Positions 1-11,087 of a DNA stretch of 64,000 bases are shown here, in pieces. Position 1 is the first letter of the stretch. Every line of letters begins with the position of its first letter. This DNA is from Camelus ferus (lineage: Eukaryota), in the NCBI RefSeq assembly GCF_009834535.1, contig NC_045696.1, positions 43,278,001 to 43,342,000 of the forward strand, read 5' to 3'. The position numbers and the translations under genes are program-made. The notes below the pieces were generated by a model. That model saw nothing but the letters and a program-made list of their open reading frames with translations, searched no databases and was not told where the DNA came from.

Positions 1-29
1 AAACTAAGACAAATGGTCAGAGATGTAGG

Positions 30-175
30 GGGAAGTGCAGGACTTTTGTGAAAGACAAAAGAGGAAAGTGTTTTACGGTGAAATGCTTACCAACACCAAA
101 TGTTGCTACTAGGTCAGATAAGATAAATGCTGAGAGATAACTATTAGATTTGAAACATGAATGTTACTGGTGAGC
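30..175 (-). mobile_element. LINE-2 fragment
   Basis: 'aaatgttgctactaggtcagataagataaatgctgagagataactattagatttgaaacatgaatgttactggtga' resembles the reverse-strand L2 consensus as recalled. Confidence 0.55.
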
Positions 176-2164
176 ATATAATTGACTATAAATCTTAAAA
201 AGGGGAAATTCCCATTACTAAACTATCAATATGTCTTATCTTAATTTTCATTTAGTGATAAATTAGCTGGCATACAGGAAGATACGGGCTTACTCAATAG
301 GAAAATAAAAGGCAAAATCAAAACTTTTGGCTTTTTGTGTAACACTCATATATGACTAAATTAAAAATAAAATAATATAAAATAGTAGAATAAAAAGAGA
401 AGAAATATACTTTAAAATTTTCCTTATCTGGGTATATAAATATTCAAATTTTATTTTATACCTGTGTGGAAACAATCTGGGAATTCATTTATTTTGGCAA
501 AACATCTGGAAATATTGGTTTTGTTTTTGTTTTTGTTTTTCCAATTATTTTATTGTGATGTGGAAGGAATCTTGTTTATTATATCGGATACTTTAGAGGC
601 TTCCTAGGATCCTATTTGTTACCAAGTATAAATGTCATCATGAATGTCATTTGCTGATATTAAGCATAGCAACATGCACCACTGAAGAGAATAATCTCAT
701 GTTTAATTAGAGTAGGAGGTTCTCTGGAACGATCAGCCAGCTGTCTGCTTCTAACCATGATGTTAAAAAAGAACTGAATTAGAAGAATGGTCAATGCTAG
801 AAATAACTAAGTAGCATTAAGTAATCTAAAAATTGGGAGATGTTCAAAGTTTAATGTCAACTTTCAAAACTGTCACTGTCACACACACCCCTTAACATCT
901 AGTCTAATTTCAGCCTCTTAAAAACATAAAAAGCTTAACATTTTGTTGCCCTCATTGTCTCCATCAGAGTGCAAGAAGTAATTACCCTTCAGTGCCTTTC
1001 AATCTGTGACCTTCAGAGTCAAAGCCACAGTCAAACAGAGCTGTTATTTTTTTCCCTAAATCACCTGACTAATTGCTAAACACTATGTTTCACTCAGGCA
1101 AGATAAAATAGGCTAGAGAGGAGGATGAAAAAAAATTTTACTAACAGGTATCCTTAGAATTTGGGTGTCAATACAAAGAGCTTTTATGGTCTCAAAAGCT
1201 TTTTAGAAGCATTTCTTTGGTTCTGGTTTGTAGACAGTCACTATCTTGATTCATAAATGACAGGAAGTTGATATCATATTCTATTTCACCCTACACTAAT
1301 TGGTAAAACTAAGAAAAATGCAAAATGGACATCTGTGATGTTTTAATCAGATGGAAATAATTATTTCTGAAGATAGCATGCTGCATTTCAAGATTTGCTT
1401 TAGGAACTAAAAAACACATAAAGACTTCTTTCAAATTGCTTCATTTTTGGTTTTTTAGTTGTATATACATTCCATGCCAGATCTTTTTAAATAGTCTATT
1501 ACCATATAGGTTATTAATGTGATAGCTGAAGTTGGCAAGAATGTGCTACTATGCTTCATTTTTTCCAGCTCTGGAAAAGGGAGGAAATAACTAAAGCTTA
1601 GCCCAAACTTACATACAATCCTCTACTCAATATTTATGATGCAATATATGAAAAGGATTTATCTGTGACTATTCACTTAAGTATTATGGATTATATTTCA
1701 TTAAACAAAATTATTTTCTCCCCCAAATATATTTTTTGCTTGACTTTTATAATATCTGAAAGTTTTATCATCAGTGGAATATTCAGGTTGGGCAAATTGG
1801 TCATTATCATTAAAGCACAAGTTAAATTTTTAGATTGGCTACCTAGCCACTTAATAGGGCTTTGGTATAGTGAGATGGGAATCAGGAGGGGTTTATTTCA
1901 GAGACACAGAGGACAGAATTGCTATTCATTTTGTTAGTCATTCTACTAAATTCAGGCTCTCTGCTGAAATGAGAAAAACCTCTCAAATGAATTATCTAGA
2001 TAGGTACACAGGACTTTCATTAGCTGGTACACTGGCTATAATGCATTAATATGTATCTTATATCTCACTATATATATCTTATTAAAAAGAAGAAAAGCAA
2101 CAACAATTACAGCAAGCAAACACTCATATTTCTGCTATAGGTCTGTAGTAACTCTCTCACACTT

Positions 2165-2955
2165 TTTTTAAAAACACTTTTTCTGAAGGCATTTTTCCTG
2201 AGATATAACTCACATATTGTATATTCTACCATTTAACATATACAATTAAGTGGTTTGGGATGTAGTCACAAAACTGTGCAGCGATCACCATAATCAATTT
2301 TAGAACCCCAAAGAAATCCCACACTTATTACTGGTAACTCCTCATTTACCCCCAAACTTTCTAGCTGCTGGCACTCACCAATCTACTTTCTATCTCTGTG
2401 GATTTGCCTATTCTGGATAATTTATATAAGTGTAATCATACAACATGTGGTTCTTTGTGACTAGAGTCTTTCCTGTAGCATAATGTTTTCAGCATATGTT
2501 GTAGCACGTTTCAGTACTTCCTGTGTTTACTGCTGAACATATTCCATTATGTGATATACCGCATTTTATTTATTCATTCATGAACTGATAGACATTGGGT
2601 TGTTTCCACTATTTGGCTATGGTGAGTAATGCCATGAACATTCATGACCACGTTTTTGTGTGTATGTATGTCTCTGTTTCTCTTGAGGAGAATTACTAGG
2701 AGTAGCACCACCGAAAGTAGAATTCTTGCGTAGAATATCTAGAAGCAGAATCGTTGGATCATAGGGTAACTTCATGTTTAAAACTTTTCAAAGAATTGCC
2801 AGACTGTTTTCCAAAACTGCTGCACCATTTTGTACTTCCAGTTGTAACGTATAAACGTTGAAAATTCTCCACATCCTCACCAGCATTTGCCTTTGTTGGC
2901 TATTGCCATTAAAGAAGTTATCTCACTGGGGGTTTGATTTACATTTCCCTAGTTA
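2165..2955 (-). mobile_element. L1MB-type LINE-1, 3' UTR and ORF2 C-terminus
   Basis: T-rich start, then typical antisense L1 motifs 'caatctactttctatctctgtggatttgcctattctgga', 'ttgggttgtttccactatttggctat' and 'ttgccagactgttttccaaa'. Confidence 0.85.
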
Positions 2956-2957
2956 CT

Positions 2958-3057
2958 CTTGCTTAGACCGAATATTTATGTCCCTCCAAAATTCACATGA
3001 TAAAACCTGGTCCTCCAACGTGATGGTATTTGAAGCGGGAACTGTGGGAGATGTAAC
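2958..3057 (+). mobile_element. MaLR LTR 5' fragment (MLT1A/MST-like)
   Basis: 'gaatatttatgtccctccaaaattcacatgataaaacct...aacgtgatggtatttgaagcggga' is a typical MaLR LTR 5' end. Confidence 0.7.
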
Positions 3058-3059
3058 TT

Positions 3060-3530
3060 TGCTAGATATTGCCAGATTCCCTCCTTAGGGTTTGTACCAC
3101 TTTGGATTCCAAACTGCAATGTATGAAAGTTCTGGTATCTCTGAATTTTTGCCATTCTAATAGGTTTCACACTGTAATTTTAATTTGCCTTTCTGTAATT
3201 ATTAGTGAGACTTGAATCTTCATATGTTTGAAGGTTATTCTTATTTCTATTTCTGTGAGTTAGCTGTTTGTTTCTTGGCCCTCTTTTTCTGTAGAGTTCT
3301 TGATCATTTTTTCCCAGTTTCTAGAAACAATGTGTATAATTAGGGAAGCAAATCTTTTGTCTGAGATATAAACTGATAATATTTTTCCATAGTTTATCTT
3401 TTTTCTTTGCACTTTGCTTGTGTTATTTTTTTTGGCATGTAGAAGTTTTGTTTTGTTTTGTTTTGTTTAATGTAGCCACAATTATCAAGATTTCCTTTTA
3501 GAAATACTAAATTTGAGTCTCAGAGAGGAC
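3060..3530 (-). mobile_element. Old L1 (L1ME-like) ORF2 fragment
   Basis: Antisense L1 motifs 'ttttgccattctaatagg', 'ttttaatttgcctttctgtaattattagtga' and 'aatatttttccatagttt'. Confidence 0.65.
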
Positions 3531-3539
3531 TTCCATGTT

Positions 3540-4325
3540 CCATCTTGGGACATATGACCTAACAGATCCCACGGTGTTGTAGGTTATTTGTGGTATATAA
3601 GGACCTTCTCTGAATATCTAAAGCCCTATTAGGGGAGATGCAGCACAGACCCTTAATGGCTCTGGAATAATGCCATCACATATTCATCAGAAAAGATGTA
3701 CCATCTGAAAAGCAGCTTCTACTATGGGCCTAGTGCCTAAGCAGATACTGAGCACCTGCCATGGGACATCAAATGATTAAACAGTTAGAAATGGTCTACT
3801 AAATCATAAAGCCAGGTGAGCATATAGGTAAACCATGGTATGGTAGAGTGGCTTATTCAGAACTGGCCCTGAGCTGGCCCAGAGAACGTAAGTAAGTTAT
3901 AAGAGAAGTGGTCATGGAACCCTAAGTCACCTCCCACTGTTTGAGCCTTTCTCTCGACATATACCTATAGCCCTATGGAGTGTTATCTACAACCAAGTAA
4001 CAGAGTTGGAATAAAATTCTGAGCCTGGTTAATGGCTTAGATGGCTTGATATATTGGCGAAGGCTGACAATGGACTGTTGGTGTGGAAATGGTCCTGAAA
4101 GACAGTGTTGGCTTTGAGGAATATATGGAGTCATAACCTGGTGTGAAAGGAGAAGGGTCCTGAGTTAGCAACACAATGGAGCTTGTGGGCAGTTGAAAGA
4201 GCTTAGGTGGTAGATCAGGAATTTGGGAGGAGTGAAAATGGAAGAGTGAAGGCAAAGAAGTTGGAGAATCTGTGTAGCGGTAGTGGACAAAAAGCGTACA
4301 GATCATTATTTCTCACATCAGGCTG
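3540..4325 (+). mobile_element. ERVL/MaLR-type internal pol remnant (RT connection and RNase H), decayed
   Basis: Manual translation across stops and frameshifts gives LGTYDLTDPTVL*V, ALLGEMQHRPL, EKQLL, MGHQM, AGPENVSKL, PIALWSVIYNQVTE, VLKDS, KEKGPE, SLWAV and WTKSVQIIISHI. These are collinear with ERV-L Pol (LGPYDPADPMVLEV...GESQRRPL...EKQLL...AGPEGTSKL...WGVPYDQLTE...KIFVSHV). Confidence 0.85.
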
Positions 4326-4337
4326 CTCTATGAAAGG

Positions 4338-4800
4338 TCACCTGTGTCTAAATTTTAGAACCTTTGAGCATAAACTGAATTTGAGTTTGTGGAACCCTGA
4401 AGGCCTATAAATCAGGCTCTCTCCCTTCTGAAGAGCATACCAAGTAATGGCTTTAACTCCCTTCTTTGATGTGTCAAAAATACAATCAAGTTTTCTACTT
4501 CTTTGTTTTTTTAATTGGTCTGCAAATGATTGACTCACTGCCCTTGCATATTTCTCTTTGTCTACCCACCTTTCCTCTTCAAGATCTCTTTTGGAGAATA
4601 TTCACAGCTTGTTGATGTTGCTTTGTGGAATATTGTGCTAATTGGTCAGGTCACCCTAAACTTGTCTATTGCTGAATAAGAGATGAGTGACAAGATGCTT
4701 ATGCCAATCAGTGATTTTTTTGTATAATCAGTATACAATACTGTGAACTCAATGAGCAATCCTGAGATAGCTAACTGTGCTGAATTACTCACATAAGTAT
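4338..4800 (-). mobile_element. Probable ancient Tigger/pogo DNA transposon 5' part with a CENP-B-type HTH remnant
   Basis: ORF 4338-4538(-) reads KKQRSRK...ALQKGESLIY...CSKVLKFRHR, resembling the Tigger transposase N-terminus (KRK.ITL..K..II..LEKGES...STV.TILKNK). A CCAAT-containing leader lies upstream. No TIR identified. Confidence 0.45.
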
Positions 4801-5099
4801 ATACCAGTGACACTGCTCAGATTCCAGAGGAGCAGTTGAAGAAAATAATGCCCATATTGGCACGGCCAGAGGATGAACAGATGGATTCCCACTGCCAGTC
4901 ATGATTTGCCTGATATCTTGTTTCTTTCCTTATAAGAGGAAGGGTGTTTTGGGAGGATGGCATAAGAATGAGACAGACTTAGAGCTGGACGTGGGACCGA
5001 TTTTGTTTTAAAGAACCTGTCAATTTTGAGATAATCAAAAGTTATATCAGTGAAATCAGAAACAAACTTCCCACAGAACGTATCTTCCGGGTGAAAAGC

Positions 5100-5310
5100 A
5101 TTCTGTTGGAATTCCTTCTTATTCACCTTTGCAAATCTGTTCTCCCAGGTTGTAACATTCTTCTCTAAAACCTGTTTTTTCCCTGTGTAGGTGTCCTTTT
5201 TCTCCTTAAGCTCCCAAGCCACAGATCACTCTACCCTTTACTATTAGCCAGTTCAGCCTCCCATTTTTCCAGCCAGGCTTAGTAGCTTAGAGACTTCTCT
5301 TGCTGGGAGA
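5100..5310 (-). mobile_element. Possible MLT1 internal (MaLR-int) fragment
   Basis: Reverse strand contains 'ggctggaaaaatgg...ctgtggcttggga', similar to the MLT1-int 5' region as recalled. Confidence 0.3.
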
Positions 5311-6249
5311 AAAAATTTTAACGGAGAGAAAGTCTTTTTCATATATATATATATATTTATTTATTTCTGTTGGCTAGAATTTTCTAGCACAAAATAGTGG
5401 GCAGTAAATATTTCGTATGTGACTAACTAAATAATTGGAGGAATAAGTTATTCTGTTTGGAGGGTAACATTCTTCTGGAATAATGTTAATAATTTGAGGA
5501 CATAATCTTTAGGCTATAAGAGGTTTTTTGGTTTTGTTTTTGTTTTTTTAACATCATGCCATGGCAGCAGGAGTGTGCACATTCCATTAGAACTAAAGTT
5601 GAGAAAAAAACCATTTTAAAAACCTAGCAAAATATGAAGGAGATCAGGGAATTGTGTACTCCTCAGTTGGAACTCATATTTTGTCTCCTTTCAACTTAAA
5701 CCCTGCTTTGAACCCCTTTCCTCATTTCATCCAAAGGCGGAGGAGAAAATCAGTGAGACACGAATGGGGCTCTACTGCTGGCGGCCGGCCTAACAGCATG
5801 CTGAGGGTTGTAATGGAAAGTTTCAGCCCCTGTGTGAGCGGGCACTCTCGGATGAGTGGGTTTCTAGGCAAGACTGAAACATTCGATTCAAAAGAGATGT
5901 CACCTCTTCAGAATCTTCTCTGCCTTAAAAGTCCCAGGTGGAAATACTGGGGCTACTCTACTCTAAAACTTAAAGAAGAGTTGTTCTCTTTCTAGGTGCT
6001 TCTTCTGTGGCTTTAAGCCACCTCTAAAGCTTCCTTTACACACCATCAGAATATCAGTCTGGAATTCAGGGAGGGGGCTAGAAGGTGAGGGTCACAAGGA
6101 AGCCATTGGCCTACTTTTAGTTTTATAATTTCTTGTATTATTAATGATGTGTGTCAAATGAGTTCTTCATGCAGTTTAGCATGGCACAGTGTGGCATGCA
6201 GTTTGGAAAAGCTCTCTCATGGTATTAAATAACATTAATGAACATGTAT

Positions 6250-6460
6250 AAAGTGTATTACATATATGCTTCATATATTGACCTCATTTTAACATCACAC
6301 TGTGCTTATGGACAAAAGTTCTGTTATCATCATTATCATTGAGTATTTTTAGACAGAAAATTAAGTAATGTGCTCAATTTCATACAGCTGATAAGTAATT
6401 TAAATTATAGGAGAAGTAGTCTGATTCTACATTCCACACTCTTAGTTTCTTCACTACAAT
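6250..6460 (-). mobile_element. MIR SINE
   Basis: Antisense MIR core 'ttttagacagaaaattaagtaatgtgctcaatttcatacagctgataagt...gtctgattcta'. Confidence 0.6.
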
Positions 6461-7572
6461 CTGTCTCCATAAACAGAGCATCCACTTGACAGACCTTGAC
6501 TTCTGGGTTAACTTTTCTCAGGAAAGTTAACACTCTTAAAGGTGGTGTGTCTATGGAAATACTAGACAAAATAATTGAGGAGGTCATTCACTTCACAAAT
6601 ACCTGTTTAATGTCTACTTTGTGGCAGGTTTTATGTTTCATTATTGGCCTACATCTCTGGCCCATAATCTATGCAAATGAATTTCCTATAAAATAATAAG
6701 CAGAATGATAATATGACCAAGGCAAGGATAACTTTGTCTGTTTTAACATTTATGTAAAACTGAATATAATAATAAAAATTTAACACTAGTAAAATTTAAT
6801 TTTGGAGAAAGCTACATATTGAAGAGGTAAATTAAAAGGAAAGAGAAGAAAGATACTCTGAATAAAATTGTATTTCCAAGCTAGAAAATAGAAAGTAGAA
6901 CTCGAGATTGGTGAAAGTAGAACAAAGTAACTTCTTTATGTATCCAGGCTTTAGTGGTACTCATCTCTGACTTGTGTCAAAGGGGAAGATAAACTATCTA
7001 GTCAGGCTGTTTTTTAGTGAAAAGAAAACAAGATGAAAAGTCTGATAGAAGTTTTTAATTATAAGGCACTATACAGTGAAATATTTCATGAAACACTATG
7101 GTTCAGAAACAAGAAGAGAAACTCACTTAGCGAATCTAGCATTGTCTCTACCTTCAAGGTCCACCTAGTTCTGATGCAAATAGACTTAAGTGAATCTTAA
7201 ATGTAATAAAAATGTATTTTGTTTAAAGATGTATTACTCTTTTTCTTCAAATACATTAAAAATGACTTCATTCATTCTTAAATACCTGATGCCACTTGAT
7301 GAAACCTGACCTTTGTCCTTTCCACCCAAGAGTCCTAAACTGAAATGCTCTCTTATTTCTATGTCTATGGATAGCAATATTTATCTCTCAAACAAAGTTT
7401 CTGCACGGCAAAACTAAGACTGTGAATAAATACTTTAAATAATATTTAATTACTACACACCTTCCATCTTAGAATATCATTGACAGCTAAGCCTTGTATT
7501 CTGAGTTCCCCAGTGAATTCTTATTCACTTCTAAGAACCACCCAAGAATTACTCTCTCCTCACCGGTTAGCC

Positions 7573-7741
7573 TAGTAATTCTCAAAATATGGTCTCTGGA
7601 TCAGCACCTTTGCAATACCTAGTAACTTGTTAAAAATGAAATTTTGTGCTAGGTCTCAGTCCACTGAATCAGAAACTCTGGATTAGTGCCCAGAGTTTTA
7701 AAAAGCTGCTAGATAATTATGATGCAGTTTGGGAACCACTG
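7573..7741. mobile_element. MER5A-like hAT-Charlie MITE
   Basis: Degenerate TIRs tagtaattctcaaa / tttgggaaccactg, internal 'actgaatcagaaactctgg', and an 8-bp TSD remnant ggttagcc/gcctagac. Confidence 0.85.
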
Positions 7742-8154
7742 GCCTAGACTGTTTCATTCTTTGATGTTCTAGTATTTCCATGTGTATATTTCACTCATCA
7801 CATTTGACACATTTCATTTATATTAGCTGTTTATTTCCTTTGTGTTTACAAATCAATTCTCCTGCACTTTTTTTTTTTTAGAGAAATCACTGTGTATTCC
7901 CTAATTTATATATTCTCTAGTGACTGGTAGATTTTCCATCAAATTCTAGGGGAAATTCTCATCAAAGATAAATTTGTAAAGTAGTGTTCTTATCTCTGTT
8001 TTCCATATACATTATTCTAACACTTGCTCCTCATGAAAGACATTCTATTTCTTAAAAGATTAAAAAAAAACTGATGCCTTAAAAAATGCTCTGGATTTAC
8101 CAGAACAACAATGCATAAAAGTTAATGTGACTTAGAATGTAAAAAGTACATGCC

Positions 8155-11087
8155 GACTTCCAGTTCTAAACAAGATGGTATAGACACATCTCACATATTC
8201 CTGCCAAGAAGTACAGCTAAAATCCTTGGACATCATATACACAACAAAGTTAAGATGGCTATGAAAGAGAGGAAGAAGAAGGCATCTGGCCAGGACCTGG
8301 GGAATGATATGGCAGTAAGTTCCCTGGATCCTAGGTTTTCTTTTTCTTCATACATTCCACTGGGTGTTGGAGAAGCAGGCAAACTGGAAACAGCAATGAA
8401 TGTAGACCAAAACAAATTCTTAAGAATTGCCTGTTCTCATTAGCCAAAGACAAGGGAAGGGGCAGCCTAACCATTCAACTCCAAAAAACACCATGAAAAA
8501 ATAAAAGACCCCATAATCACCTCCGTCAACAAAAGAGGATGAGTGACTAGACTTTCACACTTGCCCGGCCATCTTCAGTCACCCCCTCTTCCCACAGTAG
8601 GGTCAGAGACGATCACGTAGGGAGCTGGGACTTTTATCCCCACCCTACTTGTTCAATATTGAAAATCAATCAATGTAATTCACCACTAACAGGCTAAAAA
8701 TCACATGATAGTATCAACTGACACAGAAAAATCATTTAATAAAATTTAGCATTCATAATAAAAACTCTCAGAAACTCCAGGAATAGAGGAGAACTTTTTC
8801 AATTCAATAATGAACTTCTAAAGAAAAACTTAAAACTTACTTCTAACATCATACTTACTGGTCTAAGATTGAATGCTTTTGTCCTAAGACTGGGAACAAG
8901 CAAGCCACACTTGCCAAGCTTATTAAACTCAGTACTGAAGTTCTGACAGTGAATAAAGCAAGAAAAGGAATTAAAATGCATACATATCCAAAATGAAGAA
9001 ATAACGCTGTGTGTATTTGCAGATGAAGAAACAGAGCATCTATATTTGCAGATGAAATGCTGGTATATGTAGAAAATCCAAAGAATCTATGAAAAAATTC
9101 ATTGAATAAGTTCAACAAGATCACAGGTATAAGGTAAAAACTTTAAAAATCAATTGTGTATCTGTATACTAGCAATGAATACATGGAAACCAAGATTAAA
9201 ATACAGTATACAGTGTATTTATTTATATGTTTATATTTATTTAATTTTAATTTTTATATTTATATATATTTATAAATACTGTACATTTATTCTATAAATA
9301 TAACAAAATATAAATATAATAAATGCAAAAAAATAATGAAACGGAACATGTATCCTGAAAACTACAAAATACTGATGAATGAAATCAGGAGAAAATAAAT
9401 GGAGAGACATATTATGTTTCTGGACTGGAAAAAATAGCATGGTAGAGATTTTAATTATCTAAAACGATATATAAATTTAATGTAATTCCTATCAGAATCC
9501 TAGCAAATTTTTATGACTAAAGATAAAATTATTCTAAAATTTCTATAGAAAAGCAAAGGAATTTGACCAACTCAGAGAATTTGGAAAAAGAAGAATATAA
9601 TAGGAAGTATGAGTATCTAATATTAAGAATTAATATGAAGATACCATGATCAGGATTATGTCATGTTGGCAGAGAGACAGACACATAAAAGAACACAGAT
9701 ATAGACCTACACAAGTATAAAAAGTACAGAAGGTACAAAATTAATTCAGTGGAAGGGCAGCTGTCAACAAACAGTGGTGGAGCAACTGGATACCACAGGC
9801 CAAAAAAAGTTCATAGATATAAATGAAAAACATAGAAATATACAATGTTTTGAAGAAAATATAGAGGAAAATCTAAGACCTAGGGCTTGGTGAAGAATTC
9901 TTAGACGTGATACCAAAAGCATGCTATGTAAAATTTAAAAATGTATCATTTGAACTTAAGAAGTCCCTGTTGAGGGGATGAAAAGAAGAACTAGATACTG
10001 TGAACAAATCACATAACTTACTAAGTGTTGTGTCTGGAATCTATAAAGTACTCGTAAAACCCAACAGTAAACAGCAAGCAAACAAAACAACAACAAAAAC
10101 CCCCAAATAATCCAGTTTGAAACTGGGCAAAATAAATGAAAAGACAATTCACCAAAGAGGTTCTATGGATGACAAATAAGCACATGAAAAGATGTTCCTC
10201 ACTGGCCACTAGAGAAATGCAGATTAAGACCGTGATAAGATATCCCTACACACATAAAATTTAAAAAGTGACAATACTAAGTGCTGACAAGAATGTGGAG
10301 AAACTGAGTCACTCATAAATGGCTGGTGGGAATACTAACTTGTTTAAATACTCTTGAACATGGTTTGAGCTTTTTTTAAGTAACTAAATATACTCTTAAT
10401 ATATAACTCAGTAATAGTACTCCTGAACGTTTACCCCAGATAAATGAAAACATTTACACACACGCACAAGCTTGCGCATGAATGCTTACAGCAGCTTTTT
10501 TTTTAAATTGCTAATAACTATAAACAACAAAAGTGTCCTTCAGTGGACAAATGATTATAAAAACCATAGTATACTTACACCATAGAATACTACTCAGAGA
10601 TAGCCAAATAAAAAAACTTGATACACACAATCTGGATTGATTTTAGGGGCATAACATTAAGTGAAGAAAGACCAAAAAGTCATATCCTATAAATTCTATT
10701 TATATAACATTCTTAAAATGACAATATTATGGAGATGGAGAAAATGCTAGTGACTGCTAGAGTCTAAAGATTGTGGGAGGGTGACATGGTGGTTGGTGTG
10801 GCTATATGGGGTAGTAAAAGGAGATTTGTGTTGAAATAGTTCTGTGTCTTGATTTTGATGGTGATTGCACGAATCTACACATGTGACAAAATGGCATAGA
10901 ACTAAGAACATGCTTTGTACTAATGTCAACTTCCTTTTTTCTGATCCCAATCTACTGAAGATCTGACCACTTGGAGAAACTGGGTGAAGGGTACTCAGAA
11001 ACTGGGTGACTAATGAAACTGTGCTATTTTTGCAACTGTCTGTGAATATATAATTACTTCAAAATAAAAACTTAAAGATAATAAAAA
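8155..11087 (+). mobile_element. Old L1M (L1MD/ME-like) element: 5' UTR joined directly to the ORF2 RT domain, then 3' end; ORF1 and endonuclease missing
   Basis: 5' end 'gacttcc...caagatgg' (YY1-like). From ~8650 the sequence matches ORF2 RT (FNI.KSINVIH...DTEKSFNKI...LRLGT...FADE...VENPK). The 3' UTR ends with aataaa at 11063 and an A-rich tail. Confidence 0.85.

Noticed and set aside
4563..4712. Gypsy-integrase-like peptides on the minus strand (TDWHKHLVTHLLFSNRQV; EYSPKEIL)
   Set aside because: The resemblance is short, spread across different frames and has the wrong spacing. The region is better explained as a Tigger-like leader, or by chance.
4899..5222. 107-aa ORF as a possible endogenous viral element or pseudogene
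   Set aside because: No recognisable motif, non-ATG start, and it overlaps a probable MaLR internal fragment.
6066..6082. CTCF-like motif tcaggagggggcta
   Set aside because: Only a partial consensus match, expected by chance in 64 kb.
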